A stretch of 64,000 bases of DNA, taken from NCBI GenBank assembly GCA_020725145.1, contig DYFO01000004.1, forward strand, positions 2,042-66,041, written 5' to 3'. The position numbers and the translations under genes were made by a program. The stretch is from Symbiobacterium thermophilum. Lineage in GTDB: Bacteria > Bacillota > Sulfobacillia > UBA995. Below are positions 8,842 through 18,453 of the stretch, piece by piece; position 1 is the first letter of the stretch, and every line of letters begins with the position of its first letter. The notes under the pieces are model-generated. The model had not been told where the DNA came from. It was given only the letters and a program-made list of their open reading frames with translations, and searched no databases.

Positions 8842-9710
8842 CGGCCTACCTCAAGCGGCAGGCGGCGGGAGCTTTCCAGAAGCGGTGTACGCCGAACTCC
8901 TTCCAAGAGCGCGTTGATGTCGGGGTTGGTGGGTACGATGCACAGACCCGTGCGTCCTGTGTCCAGATCGAGGCGCACGAGCGGGGTGAACTCGGGAGTT
9001 CCGAAGTCCTTGCGCAGCCCCACCGCCGCTGCCGCGTCGTGCGCGATGGCCTGGCGCTGCCCGAGGGTGGCCAGCGTGGCGCGGGCGGCTGCGTCTCGAG
9101 GCTCCAGGATCACCCCCCTGCCGTGGCGGAGAAGGTACTCGCGGGATTCGCGCAGGCCGACGGCCATGATCATCACGTCGTCCACGTACAACAGGCTGCG
9201 TTCAAAGCGCAGCCGGGCAGGACGGACCACCGCCACGTCCCCCACTTGCTTGCCGCGTCGCAGTCCTCCCGCCAGGACCAGCGCCGCTCCTCCTCCCAGC
9301 AGGCCGGCGGAGAGTCCCAGGAAGTGGGTGAGGGAGCTTGCCACCAGCGCCGTCAGCATGGCCAGGTAGTTGCGGGCCTCGAAGACGCGGGCGATGCCTT
9401 CCACGTAGTCGGCGCCGCGCGGCACGCGCTCGCTTGCCTCCAGCGCCGCCAGGCTCTCGCGCTCTGCCGCCCGTACCTCCCGGAACTGCTGTGCCGCCAG
9501 CGCCAGGAAGGTGACGGCGGTGAACTCCCGGGCGGCCAGGGCCGGAACGGCCACCGCTCCCAGGAAGGCGGCCACCAGACCGAGCGCCAGGTGGGTAACC
9601 CAGCCGTGTGGGTAGGTCGGGTACATGCGGTAATCAACACGCAGAAGATGCGCCCGCGTCAGCGTACCCACCGCGAGCCCCATGGTGATGGGACCCCAGG
9701 CCGAGAGCAC
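8838..9710 (-). CDS. YIEGIA family membrane protein (YphB-like)
   Basis: 290 aa with several TM segments; contains GADYVEGIARV, i.e. the YIEGIA signature. Confidence 0.75.
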   Translation of the reverse strand: MLSAWGPITMGLAVGTLTRAHLLRVDYRMYPTYPHGWVTHLALGLVAAFLGAVAVPALAAREFTAVTFLALAAQQFREVRAAERESLAALEASERVPRGADYVEGIARVFEARNYLAMLTALVASSLTHFLGLSAGLLGGGAALVLAGGLRRGKQVGDVAVVRPARLRFERSLLYVDDVMIMAVGLRESREYLLRHGRGVILEPRDAAARATLATLGQRQAIAHDAAAAVGLRKDFGTPEFTPLVRLDLDTGRTGLCIVPTNPDINALLEGVRRTPLLESSRRLPLEVGR

Positions 9711-9732
9711 CTCGTGTTACACCTCCCCGCGC

Positions 9733-10854
9733 TCAGCCCGGGCCCGAGCGGTCTCCGGCACCTCTTCCGTCGCGTCCCCGGGGTCTGAGGGCGAGAGGCC
9801 GCAAGAGATCCCGAAACTCGGTGCGCCAGAACTGCCTGGCCCTGTCGGCAGCGGCCGGCCAGCTACCGGTAGCCACATACAGGTACAGCGCCACGGCGGC
9901 GGCGGCGAGGAGCAGGAAGACGAGCAGGGCGCGCAGGGCCCCGGTACCCTCGGGGCCCCCGGCTCCCAGCACCGCCGGGAGGACGTCGGCGAACAGGGCC
10001 GCCCCCTCCTCCGCCTCGTCGCGGTGATTGCGGTGGGCGCCGATCTCCAAAAGCAGCGTCCGGCTTCCCAGATCCTGGTTGTAGCTGCCGCGCCCCACGA
10101 AGATCCCCCGGATCAGACCGGGATGGAAGCGATCGGCGGTCTGCTTGATCTCCCTCGCCCACGACACCACGGCGTCGCGGGCCGGGTTCTGGCGCCCGAC
10201 CACCAGCATCACCTGAGTCACCGCAGTGCCCGCCACCTCGGTGCGGTAGGCCTCGGGGGGAGTGGTGTCACGGTGCACGTCCAGGAGCACCGTGGCGCCC
10301 CGCCGCACAAGACCCACCGCAGTGCGCCGTGACCGGCGATAGGCGGCGGCGTCGTGGGGCTCGTGCAGCGTGCGGTCGTGAATGGCGCGTACCCCGCGCT
10401 CCTCCAGGGCCCGCGCCAGCGTGTCGCCCACTTCCAGGATGCCGCCTCCACCCCGGCGCGATGCGGTGCCTTCGGTGGGAACGTAGGATTCGTCGCTGTG
10501 TGTGTGATAGATGCCCACGACCACCGGTCGGCGCCGGGCGGCCAGCTCGAGCAGGCCGGCAAGTCGCGGGCTGCGGCGCGAGGCTCGGGGCGAAGTGAGT
10601 TCGACATCCTCCACGAATACGGCGTACGCCGTGCTTCCGTCCACTCGGACCACGCGGTAAAGCTGATTTCGCGCATTCAGGTATTCATCACCGGGATGGA
10701 CCACCAGGCCGGTCACCAGCACGACCTCGTCCGTGCCCTCAAGCAACACATGACAGGGAGATTCGGCCGGGAGCTCCTCGTGCGCCCTCGCCGCCCGCAC
10801 CGGGGCGAAGAGGAGCATCGCGGCCACCGCGCAGGCTAGCAGCCTGCTAACCAT
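9733..10854 (-). CDS. spoIIP: Stage II sporulation protein P (engulfment amidase-like)
   Basis: ORF runs to 11025; start likely at M58 (10854, GGGGGGAG RBS) giving an N-terminal signal/TM segment MVSRLLACAVAAMLLF; SpoIIP-type amidase-like core follows. Confidence 0.8.
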   Translation of the reverse strand: MVSRLLACAVAAMLLFAPVRAARAHEELPAESPCHVLLEGTDEVVLVTGLVVHPGDEYLNARNQLYRVVRVDGSTAYAVFVEDVELTSPRASRRSPRLAGLLELAARRRPVVVGIYHTHSDESYVPTEGTASRRGGGGILEVGDTLARALEERGVRAIHDRTLHEPHDAAAYRRSRRTAVGLVRRGATVLLDVHRDTTPPEAYRTEVAGTAVTQVMLVVGRQNPARDAVVSWAREIKQTADRFHPGLIRGIFVGRGSYNQDLGSRTLLLEIGAHRNHRDEAEEGAALFADVLPAVLGAGGPEGTGALRALLVFLLLAAAAVALYLYVATGSWPAAADRARQFWRTEFRDLLRPLALRPRGRDGRGAGDRSGPG

Positions 10855-11560
10855 GCTCACGCTCCCCCCCGTCGTGTTCCAGCTCTTGCAGTGCGCCCAG
10901 ACGGGTCTGTCCGGGCGCCCGGTCGCCGGGGGCCGGTCCTCCCCCCAGGCGTTCGCGTGTTTCCCCGACCACCTCTGCAAGTCCCACGGCGAGAATGCCG
11001 GCGAAAACGGTGGCGTCAAAGGCACCGGCGCCTCCCAGCCACGCCCGACCGCGTATGCCGCTGAGCACCAGCTCGACGAAGTGGGCCACGTCGGCCAGCA
11101 CGATCCCCAGGATGCCGCCGACGAAAGCCGCCCGCCGCGAGCGTCCGGCCAGGTAGCCGATGACCCCTGCTACCGCTCCGAAGAGATAGGTCGGCTCCAG
11201 CAGCATCGTCTCGGGCTCGGCGGCACGGCCGCTAAGCACGTAGCGGCCCAGCACGTAGATGCCGGCCCCACTGACCAGTGCGGCGACCGTGCCCCGACGT
11301 TTCTCGGCCGCGGTGTCCGCGGTGGCCAGCAACCAGAGGGTAACCCCGATGGGGACCAGGGCTCCGCCCACGTTGACCAGCAGGTGGACCGGACGTCGGA
11401 CCAGCAGCAGGTTGAAGAAGCTGCCCACCAGGAGAAGCCCAATGATCACCAGGGCGGCCCGGTCGGTGAGGCGCATGCGATCGAGCACACGATGCAGGAC
11501 GCCGAAGTAGACCAGGATGGCTGCCACCAGCAATACCACGGTGCCCGTGGGCATGGCCAC
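10847..11560 (-). CDS. Polytopic membrane protein of unknown function (DUF1614-like)
   Basis: 237 aa, about 7 predicted TM helices; no catalytic motif. Confidence 0.45.
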   Translation of the reverse strand: MAMPTGTVVLLVAAILVYFGVLHRVLDRMRLTDRAALVIIGLLLVGSFFNLLLVRRPVHLLVNVGGALVPIGVTLWLLATADTAAEKRRGTVAALVSGAGIYVLGRYVLSGRAAEPETMLLEPTYLFGAVAGVIGYLAGRSRRAAFVGGILGIVLADVAHFVELVLSGIRGRAWLGGAGAFDATVFAGILAVGLAEVVGETRERLGGGPAPGDRAPGQTRLGALQELEHDGGEREHG

Positions 11561-11582
11561 CCCTCCCGGAGAATGCTCGGCG

Positions 11583-13847
11583 TTAGCCTTTCCCCGGGGG
11601 CTTGCGTTTACTCCTCCGTTGCTTGCGTGCGGCCGGCGAGGGGAACTCGAAGCTCAGTCGGCCCTCGCTGTTGAGGACGAGGTAGGCAGCGAAGCGGCGA
11701 CCGGTCCGCGAGCGGAAACCGCGTAGCAGCCCCGTCCGTCCCCGGCTAAGCAGTAGCGCCGCCTGGCGCGAACTAAGTTTGTACCCCGCCACCGTCCGCG
11801 AGAAATGAAAGGGGCAGGAAGTGGTCTTCCAGTTGCTGCAGCCCCAGACCTGCCAGCGTTCCACCACCGGAGCGCCGCAGCGCGGGCAGCTCCCCACGCT
11901 GCGGACCATGCCGGCGGCCAGGCCCTCCGCATCGAGGCGCTTGATTTGCTCCACGAGGTCGCGCGTGAACGCGCGGATGTCTTTCATGAACCGGTCGCGC
12001 TCCTCGCTTCCTTCCTCTATCTCGCGAAGACGCCTCTCCCAGCGGCCGGTGAGTGAAACCGAAGTCAGCTCCCGCACCGGCAAGCGGGCGATCAGCTCCA
12101 TGCCTTTTGGTGTGGGTCGCAGTGCCCTGCCCTCACGCTCAACGTAACCCACTTCCAGCAACCGTTCGATGATCGCGGCTCGGGTTGCCGGGGTGCCGAT
12201 GCCCTCCTCGCGCATGGCTTCGGCCAGGTCTTCTTCTTCGACCAGCGATCCCGCGGTTTCCATGACCCGTAAGAGCGAGGCTTCGGTGTAACGTGCGGGA
12301 GGTCGGGTGGTGCCCGTTTCGACCGCCGCCTGTGCCGTCATCACCGCCATGCCGGCCTCGAGGGGAGGCAGCTCGACGGTCTCGTCCGCCGAGGGCTGCA
12401 GCACCCGCCACCCTTGCTGCAGCACCACCTGGCCTTCGCTGCGGAAGCGATCCTCCCCCACCACCGTTTCCACCCGGGTTGCCTCGGTGACGTACGAGGG
12501 CAGGAAGGAGGCGACGAATCGGCGCACCACCGCCTCGTAGATCCGCCCCTTGTCACCACGGGGGCCGCCGTCGGCAGGAGCGCGCGGGGTGGGAATGATG
12601 GCGTGGTGATCCTTCACGCGGGCGGGGTTCACCAGTCTGCCGGTTACCGGGAGGCGCCCGCGGGCAAGCAGTTCGCGGGCCGCGGCGGCGACAGGGCCTT
12701 CCCCGGCCGCCACGACCGTCATGAGCCGCGGTAGCAGCGGGACGAGTTCCGGTGTGAGGAAGCGACTGGCGGTGCGGGGATAGGTGATTAGCTTGTCACG
12801 TTCATAAAGCTCCTGGGCAAGCTGCAAGGTCTTGCTGGCGCTGAATCCGTAAGCCCGGTTCATCTCTCGTTGCAGGTCGGTCAAGTCGTGCAGCAGGTGT
12901 GGGGGCTGGGTGCGGCGGCTCTTGGTCACCCGACCAACCATCCCCGGCTTTCCCTGCACCCGGGCCAAGATCTCCAGGGCCTCGGCTTCCGACCAGAGCT
13001 CGGCCTCGTCGCCGCGATACCAGGTGCCGCGGTATTCCCCCCGTTCGCTTTGGAAGGTGACGATCACCCTCCAAAACGGGCACGGCCGGAAATCGGCGAT
13101 CTCCTTCTCGCGTTGCACGAGCAGCGCAAGCGTGGGAGTCTGTACCCTACCCACGGACACAAGTGTTAAGGAGCGCTTGGACATCGCACGGGTGGCGTTG
13201 ATGCCCACCAGCCAGTCGCTCTCGCTGCGGCACCTGGCGGCGGCGGCCAGACGGTCGAGTTCCTCGCCGGCCCGCAACCGGCGGAAGCCTTCACGGATGG
13301 CCTCGTCGGTCAGCGAGGAGATCCAGAGGCGCCTGACCGGCAAGGTGCAGCCGGAGAGCTCATAGAGGTAACGAAAGATCAGCTCGCCTTCGCGCCCGGC
13401 ATCGCAAGCGTTGACCACGAGCCCCACGTCGGGGCGGCCAAGAAGCTGGGCAACGGTAGCGAAATGGTCCCGGGTGCGGGCCACCGGGCGGAGGCGAAAC
13501 TGCTCGGGGAGGATGGGCAGCGAAGCAAGCCGCCAGGTCTTCCAGGCCGGATCGTAGTCCTCCGGCTCTGCCAGCTCCACAAGGTGGCCGATGGCCCACG
13601 AGATCAGGAGGCGATCGTTTTCCAGCCACCCCTGCCTCGGCGTGAAACGGCCCAGGACCCTTGCCAGGTCCCGGGCCACGCTGGGTTTCTCCGCGATCAC
13701 GAGTGCTCTCTGACCGGGCAAGAGCCACGCGTCGAGGGGGGTGGACGGCGAGGCCTCCCCGTCCTCGGGCGGTTCGGCGGCGTCAAGCGTCGTGTTCGGG
13801 TTCGCCGGACGGCGCGTGTTCGGAGATTTCCGAGGACTTTTCCCCAT
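11583..13847 (-). CDS. topB: DNA topoisomerase III
   Basis: 754 aa; TOPRIM start (ALVIAEKPSVARDLA), type IA core, C-terminal Zn ribbons; N-terminal 45 aa are low complexity. Confidence 0.85.
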   Translation of the reverse strand: MGKSPRKSPNTRRPANPNTTLDAAEPPEDGEASPSTPLDAWLLPGQRALVIAEKPSVARDLARVLGRFTPRQGWLENDRLLISWAIGHLVELAEPEDYDPAWKTWRLASLPILPEQFRLRPVARTRDHFATVAQLLGRPDVGLVVNACDAGREGELIFRYLYELSGCTLPVRRLWISSLTDEAIREGFRRLRAGEELDRLAAAARCRSESDWLVGINATRAMSKRSLTLVSVGRVQTPTLALLVQREKEIADFRPCPFWRVIVTFQSERGEYRGTWYRGDEAELWSEAEALEILARVQGKPGMVGRVTKSRRTQPPHLLHDLTDLQREMNRAYGFSASKTLQLAQELYERDKLITYPRTASRFLTPELVPLLPRLMTVVAAGEGPVAAAARELLARGRLPVTGRLVNPARVKDHHAIIPTPRAPADGGPRGDKGRIYEAVVRRFVASFLPSYVTEATRVETVVGEDRFRSEGQVVLQQGWRVLQPSADETVELPPLEAGMAVMTAQAAVETGTTRPPARYTEASLLRVMETAGSLVEEEDLAEAMREEGIGTPATRAAIIERLLEVGYVEREGRALRPTPKGMELIARLPVRELTSVSLTGRWERRLREIEEGSEERDRFMKDIRAFTRDLVEQIKRLDAEGLAAGMVRSVGSCPRCGAPVVERWQVWGCSNWKTTSCPFHFSRTVAGYKLSSRQAALLLSRGRTGLLRGFRSRTGRRFAAYLVLNSEGRLSFEFPSPAARKQRRSKRKPPGKG

Positions 13848-15918
13848 GGGCCTTCTCCCTCTCGGTGAAGAGGTTACCGAAGACCTCTCCCAGGGTTACC
13901 CGATCGGACTTGTGCTCGGCCATGTACTTGCGCAATTGCGCCCTCTCCGCGTCCTGTTCGGCCTCGCGCATGCTGAGGCTGATCCGCTTGGCGCGAGGAT
14001 TCACCTTCAGGACCTTGACGCGGACGCGGTCGCCGACCGACACCACCTGTTCGGCCTTCTCGATCCGGCGATCGGACAGCTGTGAGAGGTGAACCAGTCC
14101 CTCAATGCCCGGTTCCAGCTCCACGAAGGCACCGAAGCTCGCAAGGCTGACCACCTTCCCCTCAAACAGGGCGCCGGTCGGATAGCGGCGGTCAATGCCG
14201 TCCCAGGGATCGCCTTCCAGTTGCTTGAGGCCCAGGGAGATGCGCTTGCGCTCGCGGTCCAGCTTCAGCACCTTGCAGCGGATCTGTTGCCCTTCCTGCA
14301 CTACCTCCTGAGGGTGGTTGACCCGACCCCAGGACAGCTCGGAAACGTGCAGCAATCCGTCCGCTCCGCCGAGGTCGACGAAGGCCCCAAAACCGGTCAA
14401 CCGCCTGACGGTGCCTTCCACCACCTGGCCTTCCGCCAGCGTCGACCAGACCTCCTCCTCGCGGCGGGCTTGTTCCTCCTCGAGGACCGCCCGTTCCGAA
14501 AGCACCACCCGCCGCTGGGGGCGGTCGACCTCGATGACGCGCAGGCGCAACGTTCGTCCCACATAGGGCTTCAGGTCGCGGATGAAGGACAGGCCGACCT
14601 GAGAGGCCGGCAAAAATCCGCGCAGGCCCACGTCGACGATGAGTCCCCCCTTCACCTGGGCGGTCACCGGTGCTTCGATGATCGCCCCCGCGGTGTGGGC
14701 TTCCTCCAGTCGTTGCCAGGCCAGTTCCTGCTCGGCGCGCCGACGTGACAGGCGCACGGTGCCTTCATGCTCGTCGACACCCAGCACGTACACCGGGATC
14801 TCCTCGCCCACGCCGACCACCGTGGCGGGGTCGGCGACCGGTCTTGTGGAGAGCTCGGCCACCGGAACCACTCCCTCGGCCTTGCCCCCGATGTCGACCA
14901 GCACGTGGGTGGGTTCGACGGCCACTACCGTGCCCCACAGCAACTGCCCGCGCTGGAAACTCGGCGCCGATGCTTCGGTCATCGTTACCGGTTGCTCGGA
15001 CGGTTCGAGCACGCCTTCGCCACCTCCCGGCTCCGTATGGGCCGTGTGCTCAGCTTCGCCGGGCATAGTCCGCCTTGCCGCCTCGTCGATCTCCCGCATC
15101 CTCGCCAATACCTCCTCGATGGCCCCTTGGGGGGTGGAGGTGCCGGCGGTGACTCCCACCCGTTCCACGCTTTTGAACCAGGCGGGGTCCACCTCCCGTC
15201 CGCTCTCCACATGGTACACGCGCACGCCGGTCGCCGCCGCGGCTTGTGCCAACCTGCGGGTGTTGGCGCTCTCGCGTCCCCCCACTACCAGCATCAATTC
15301 GACCTTCTGCGCAAGCGCACGAGCTTCCTGCTGCCGACGACGGGTGATGGGGCAGAGCGTATCGCGCACCTCGACGCTGGCGCCAAGGCGTCGGAGCGCC
15401 TCCACCACCTCCCGCACGACTTCCGGCCGCTCGGTGGTCTGGGCCAGCACGGCGACGTGAGGCCGGATGGAAAGTCGTGAGACCTCGTCTGCGTCCCGCA
15501 CCACCACCGCCCGGTGACCGCTCCAGGCGACGATGGACAGCACCTCGGCATGGCCCGGATCCCCGACCACCACCACCTGGCAATCGCGGTCGGCCAGTTC
15601 CCTGGCGGCCTGCTGAGCCCGTCGCACCAGTGGACAGGTGGCGTCCACCACGCGGACTCCCTTGCTCGCGGCAGTGACGGCCACGTCGGGAGCCGCGCCG
15701 TGCGAGGGCAGCACCAGCACGCCGCGGTCGACCTCGCAGAGGTCGTGCACCACCTGCAGGCCGTGACGCACGAGCTCCGCGACCACCTGCGGGTTGTGTA
15801 TCGGCGGCCCGAGCACCTGCACGGGGAAAGCTCCCGCGGCCAGTGCCTCCTCGACGGCCTTCACGGCAAGCCTTACGCCACGGCAAAAGCCGGCATCGGG
15901 AGCCAGCCAAACCTTCAA
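13783..15918 (-). CDS. ispH: Bifunctional 4-hydroxy-3-methylbut-2-enyl diphosphate reductase (IspH) / ribosomal protein S1 fusion
   Basis: IspH domain (GFCRGV, three conserved Cys) followed by four S1 repeats; likely TTG start at 15918 after GGAGGGGACGGGGGC, overlapping the plsC stop as TTGA. Confidence 0.85.
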   Translation of the reverse strand: MKVWLAPDAGFCRGVRLAVKAVEEALAAGAFPVQVLGPPIHNPQVVAELVRHGLQVVHDLCEVDRGVLVLPSHGAAPDVAVTAASKGVRVVDATCPLVRRAQQAARELADRDCQVVVVGDPGHAEVLSIVAWSGHRAVVVRDADEVSRLSIRPHVAVLAQTTERPEVVREVVEALRRLGASVEVRDTLCPITRRRQQEARALAQKVELMLVVGGRESANTRRLAQAAAATGVRVYHVESGREVDPAWFKSVERVGVTAGTSTPQGAIEEVLARMREIDEAARRTMPGEAEHTAHTEPGGGEGVLEPSEQPVTMTEASAPSFQRGQLLWGTVVAVEPTHVLVDIGGKAEGVVPVAELSTRPVADPATVVGVGEEIPVYVLGVDEHEGTVRLSRRRAEQELAWQRLEEAHTAGAIIEAPVTAQVKGGLIVDVGLRGFLPASQVGLSFIRDLKPYVGRTLRLRVIEVDRPQRRVVLSERAVLEEEQARREEEVWSTLAEGQVVEGTVRRLTGFGAFVDLGGADGLLHVSELSWGRVNHPQEVVQEGQQIRCKVLKLDRERKRISLGLKQLEGDPWDGIDRRYPTGALFEGKVVSLASFGAFVELEPGIEGLVHLSQLSDRRIEKAEQVVSVGDRVRVKVLKVNPRAKRISLSMREAEQDAERAQLRKYMAEHKSDRVTLGEVFGNLFTEREKAHGEKSSEISEHAPSGEPEHDA

Positions 15919-16472
15919 GCCCCCGTCCCCTCCTGCTCGGCGCATGCGAGCAACTCGCGGATGCGTTCCATGATAACGTCGCTCTGGCGCGCAAGCCACG
16001 CCGACGTCGGCTTGCCGTCGGGCGGTGGAGGAAGCCGGAACGGCTCGCCGAAGCGTACGGTAAGCCGCGCCCGAAACCGGTAGCTGCCGGTTATCGCCGC
16101 CGGGATAACGGGTGCTCCCGACCGGGCCGCCAAAAGCGCGGCGCCCGGTTCGGCAGGCCCCAGTCTGCCGGTCCGGCTTCGGGTGCCTTCGGGGAAGATG
16201 CCCACCATCCTGCCCGCGTCCAGAAGCCGCAACGTATGCCGCAGGGCCGCGCGGTCCGGTTTACCGCGCCTCACGGGAAAGGCTCCTACCTGGCGGAAAA
16301 GGAACCCAAGCGGGGGAAAGCGGAAAAGCTCTTCCTTGGCCATGAAGTAAATGGGGCGCGGGCTGGCGATCCCCAGCGACACCGGATCGGCCCAGGCTAT
16401 GTGATTGCAGCACACCAGGGCCGGGCCCCGGGCGGGAAGATGTTCGGTACCCGCCCGGCGCCACCGGAACAC
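15915..16472 (-). CDS. plsC: 1-acyl-sn-glycerol-3-phosphate acyltransferase
   Basis: HxxxxD-type motif (CNHIAWADP) and FPEGTRS motif; cmk-plsC-ispH order as in Clostridia. Confidence 0.8.
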   Translation of the reverse strand: MFRWRRAGTEHLPARGPALVCCNHIAWADPVSLGIASPRPIYFMAKEELFRFPPLGFLFRQVGAFPVRRGKPDRAALRHTLRLLDAGRMVGIFPEGTRSRTGRLGPAEPGAALLAARSGAPVIPAAITGSYRFRARLTVRFGEPFRLPPPPDGKPTSAWLARQSDVIMERIRELLACAEQEGTGA

Positions 16473-16521
16473 CAGGGGCCAGGCAAGGCGAAAGAGCGAT
16501 CTGACCGCCGCGTACAGCAGC

Positions 16522-17217
16522 CTAGTGCCTCCCGGATACGCCGCGGCACCGTTCCAGCAGGTCCTCTACCACTTCTTCCACCTTTCTGCCCGTCGTGTCC
16601 ACGATCGCGGCGTCGTCGGCCGGAACCAGCGGATCTGTCGTGCGCTCGCTGTCCAGCCGGTCCCGCAGGGTCATCTCGGCCTCCAATTCCGCAAGCTCGA
16701 CCTGATATCCTTTCGCCAGTAATTCCCGGTACCTTCTCAGGGTACGCTCCTTGGGCGATGCCGTCAGGAAGAACTTGCAGTCGGCGCCGGGGAGGACCAC
16801 CGTTCCAACGTCACGGCCCTCCATAACGATCCCGCCGCCGGCCGCCAAGGCTCTTTGCATCCTGACCATCTGCCTGCGCACACCGGGGACCATGGCCACG
16901 TAGGACACCGCCCGGCTGACCTCAGGGCTGCGGATCTCCTCGCTGACGTCCCGGCCGTCAAGCAGCGTCAACGTGCGACCTTCCGCGCTTTCCACGGCGA
17001 TCGACGTGGTGGCCGCCAGCTCCTCAAGCGCCACCGGGTCGTGGAGGTCAATCCCTAGACGCAGGGCCTTTAAGGCAAGCGCACGGTACATCGCCCCGGT
17101 GTCCGCGTATCGGTAGCCCAGGCGTTCGGCCAGCAGCCGTGCCACCGTGCTCTTGCCGGCGGCGGCGGGACCGTCCACCGCGATGCAGAGGCGCCCGACG
17201 GCGTCTTCGGTACCCAT
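16522..17217 (-). CDS. cmk: Cytidylate kinase
   Basis: 231 aa; IAVDGPAAAGKST P-loop; Cmk family. Confidence 0.9.
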   Translation of the reverse strand: MGTEDAVGRLCIAVDGPAAAGKSTVARLLAERLGYRYADTGAMYRALALKALRLGIDLHDPVALEELAATTSIAVESAEGRTLTLLDGRDVSEEIRSPEVSRAVSYVAMVPGVRRQMVRMQRALAAGGGIVMEGRDVGTVVLPGADCKFFLTASPKERTLRRYRELLAKGYQVELAELEAEMTLRDRLDSERTTDPLVPADDAAIVDTTGRKVEEVVEDLLERCRGVSGRH

Positions 17218-17220
17218 CGT

Positions 17221-18453
17221 CTATTCGGCCAGCGCCTGCTCGAAGTCTTCCACGAGGTCGGCCAGGCTTTCGATGCCCACCGACACCCGCAGCAGGGCAC
17301 CGGAGATGCCCAGCGCCTCGAGCTCTTCGGCCGGAAGGTAACGGTGCGAGGATCGCAGGGGATGGGACACGGTCGTATTGACCCCTCCCAGACTGGGGGC
17401 CAGGCGGACGAGGCGCAGGCGCCGGATCATGCGGTCCACGGCCGCTTCCCCTCCGGCCAGTTCCAGGCTGAGCATGCCGCCGAATCTGCCCCCGAAGAGC
17501 CGTGCCGCCAGGTGGTGCTGGGGATGCTCGGGCAGCCCGGGGTAGTGCACGCGGGCCACCCGGGGATGGCCGGCCAGCCACTGGGCCAGGCCCATGGCGT
17601 TGGCGCACTGCCTTTCCACCCGCAGTGGCAGCGTGCGCAGACCCCGCAAGGCCAACCAGGCGGCGAAGGGATCCAGCGAGGCACCCAGGCGGGCCACGAG
17701 GCGGCCTATACGGGAAAGTTGTTCGGCGGTGCCGGTCACCACTCCCGCGGTCACGTCGTCGTGCCCGGCCAGGTACTTGGTGGCGCTGTGCAGGGTGAGC
17801 GTCACTCCCAGAGAAGCCGACTGGAGCAGCACGGGCGTGGCGAAGGTGTTGTCGAGCACGAGGTGGAGCTTTCGCCGTCGGGCCACCTCCACAAGATCGG
17901 GGATGGGAGCAAGCCGCAGGGTGGGGTTACTGAGCGTCTCGCAGACGATCAACCGGGTATGGGAGTTGACGGCTGCCTCGAAGCGGTCGGCATCGGTTCC
18001 CGGCACAAAGCTTGTGCCGATGCCGAGCCGGCCGAGCTCCTCGCCCAGCAGCGTGCGCGTTCCCCCATATACTTCGCGGGCCGAGACAACGTGGTCGCCC
18101 TCGCGGGCCAGTGCCAGCACGGTGGCGGCAAGTGCCGCCATGCCCGAGGCGCAGGCCACGCCACAGGGGTGGCCCTCCAGGGCGGCCACCACGGCAGCCA
18201 GGGCCTGAGCGTTGGGGTTGCCTTCCCGCGAGTAATAATACCCTCCGACTTCCCCTGACATCACCCGGTCGAGTTCCGGCAGTCCCGGAAAGGCAAAGGT
18301 GCTGGACTGCACGATCGGCGGGGCCAGCGGCGATCCCGCTTCCTCGGGCGAAGAGGCATCGGCGTGCAGGGCGACCGTGGCGAGCCGGTAACGGTGGTTC
18401 ACGGCACGACGACCTCCATCAGCAGGGTTCCAGACGTCGCAGGCCCGCCGCAC
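17221..18453 (-). CDS. PLP-dependent Cys/Met metabolism enzyme (cystathionine gamma-synthase/lyase or methionine gamma-lyase family)
   Basis: 410 aa; PLP lysine context SATKYLAGH and overall transsulfuration-family similarity. Confidence 0.8.
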   Translation of the reverse strand: MRRACDVWNPADGGRRAVNHRYRLATVALHADASSPEEAGSPLAPPIVQSSTFAFPGLPELDRVMSGEVGGYYYSREGNPNAQALAAVVAALEGHPCGVACASGMAALAATVLALAREGDHVVSAREVYGGTRTLLGEELGRLGIGTSFVPGTDADRFEAAVNSHTRLIVCETLSNPTLRLAPIPDLVEVARRRKLHLVLDNTFATPVLLQSASLGVTLTLHSATKYLAGHDDVTAGVVTGTAEQLSRIGRLVARLGASLDPFAAWLALRGLRTLPLRVERQCANAMGLAQWLAGHPRVARVHYPGLPEHPQHHLAARLFGGRFGGMLSLELAGGEAAVDRMIRRLRLVRLAPSLGGVNTTVSHPLRSSHRYLPAEELEALGISGALLRVSVGIESLADLVEDFEQALAE

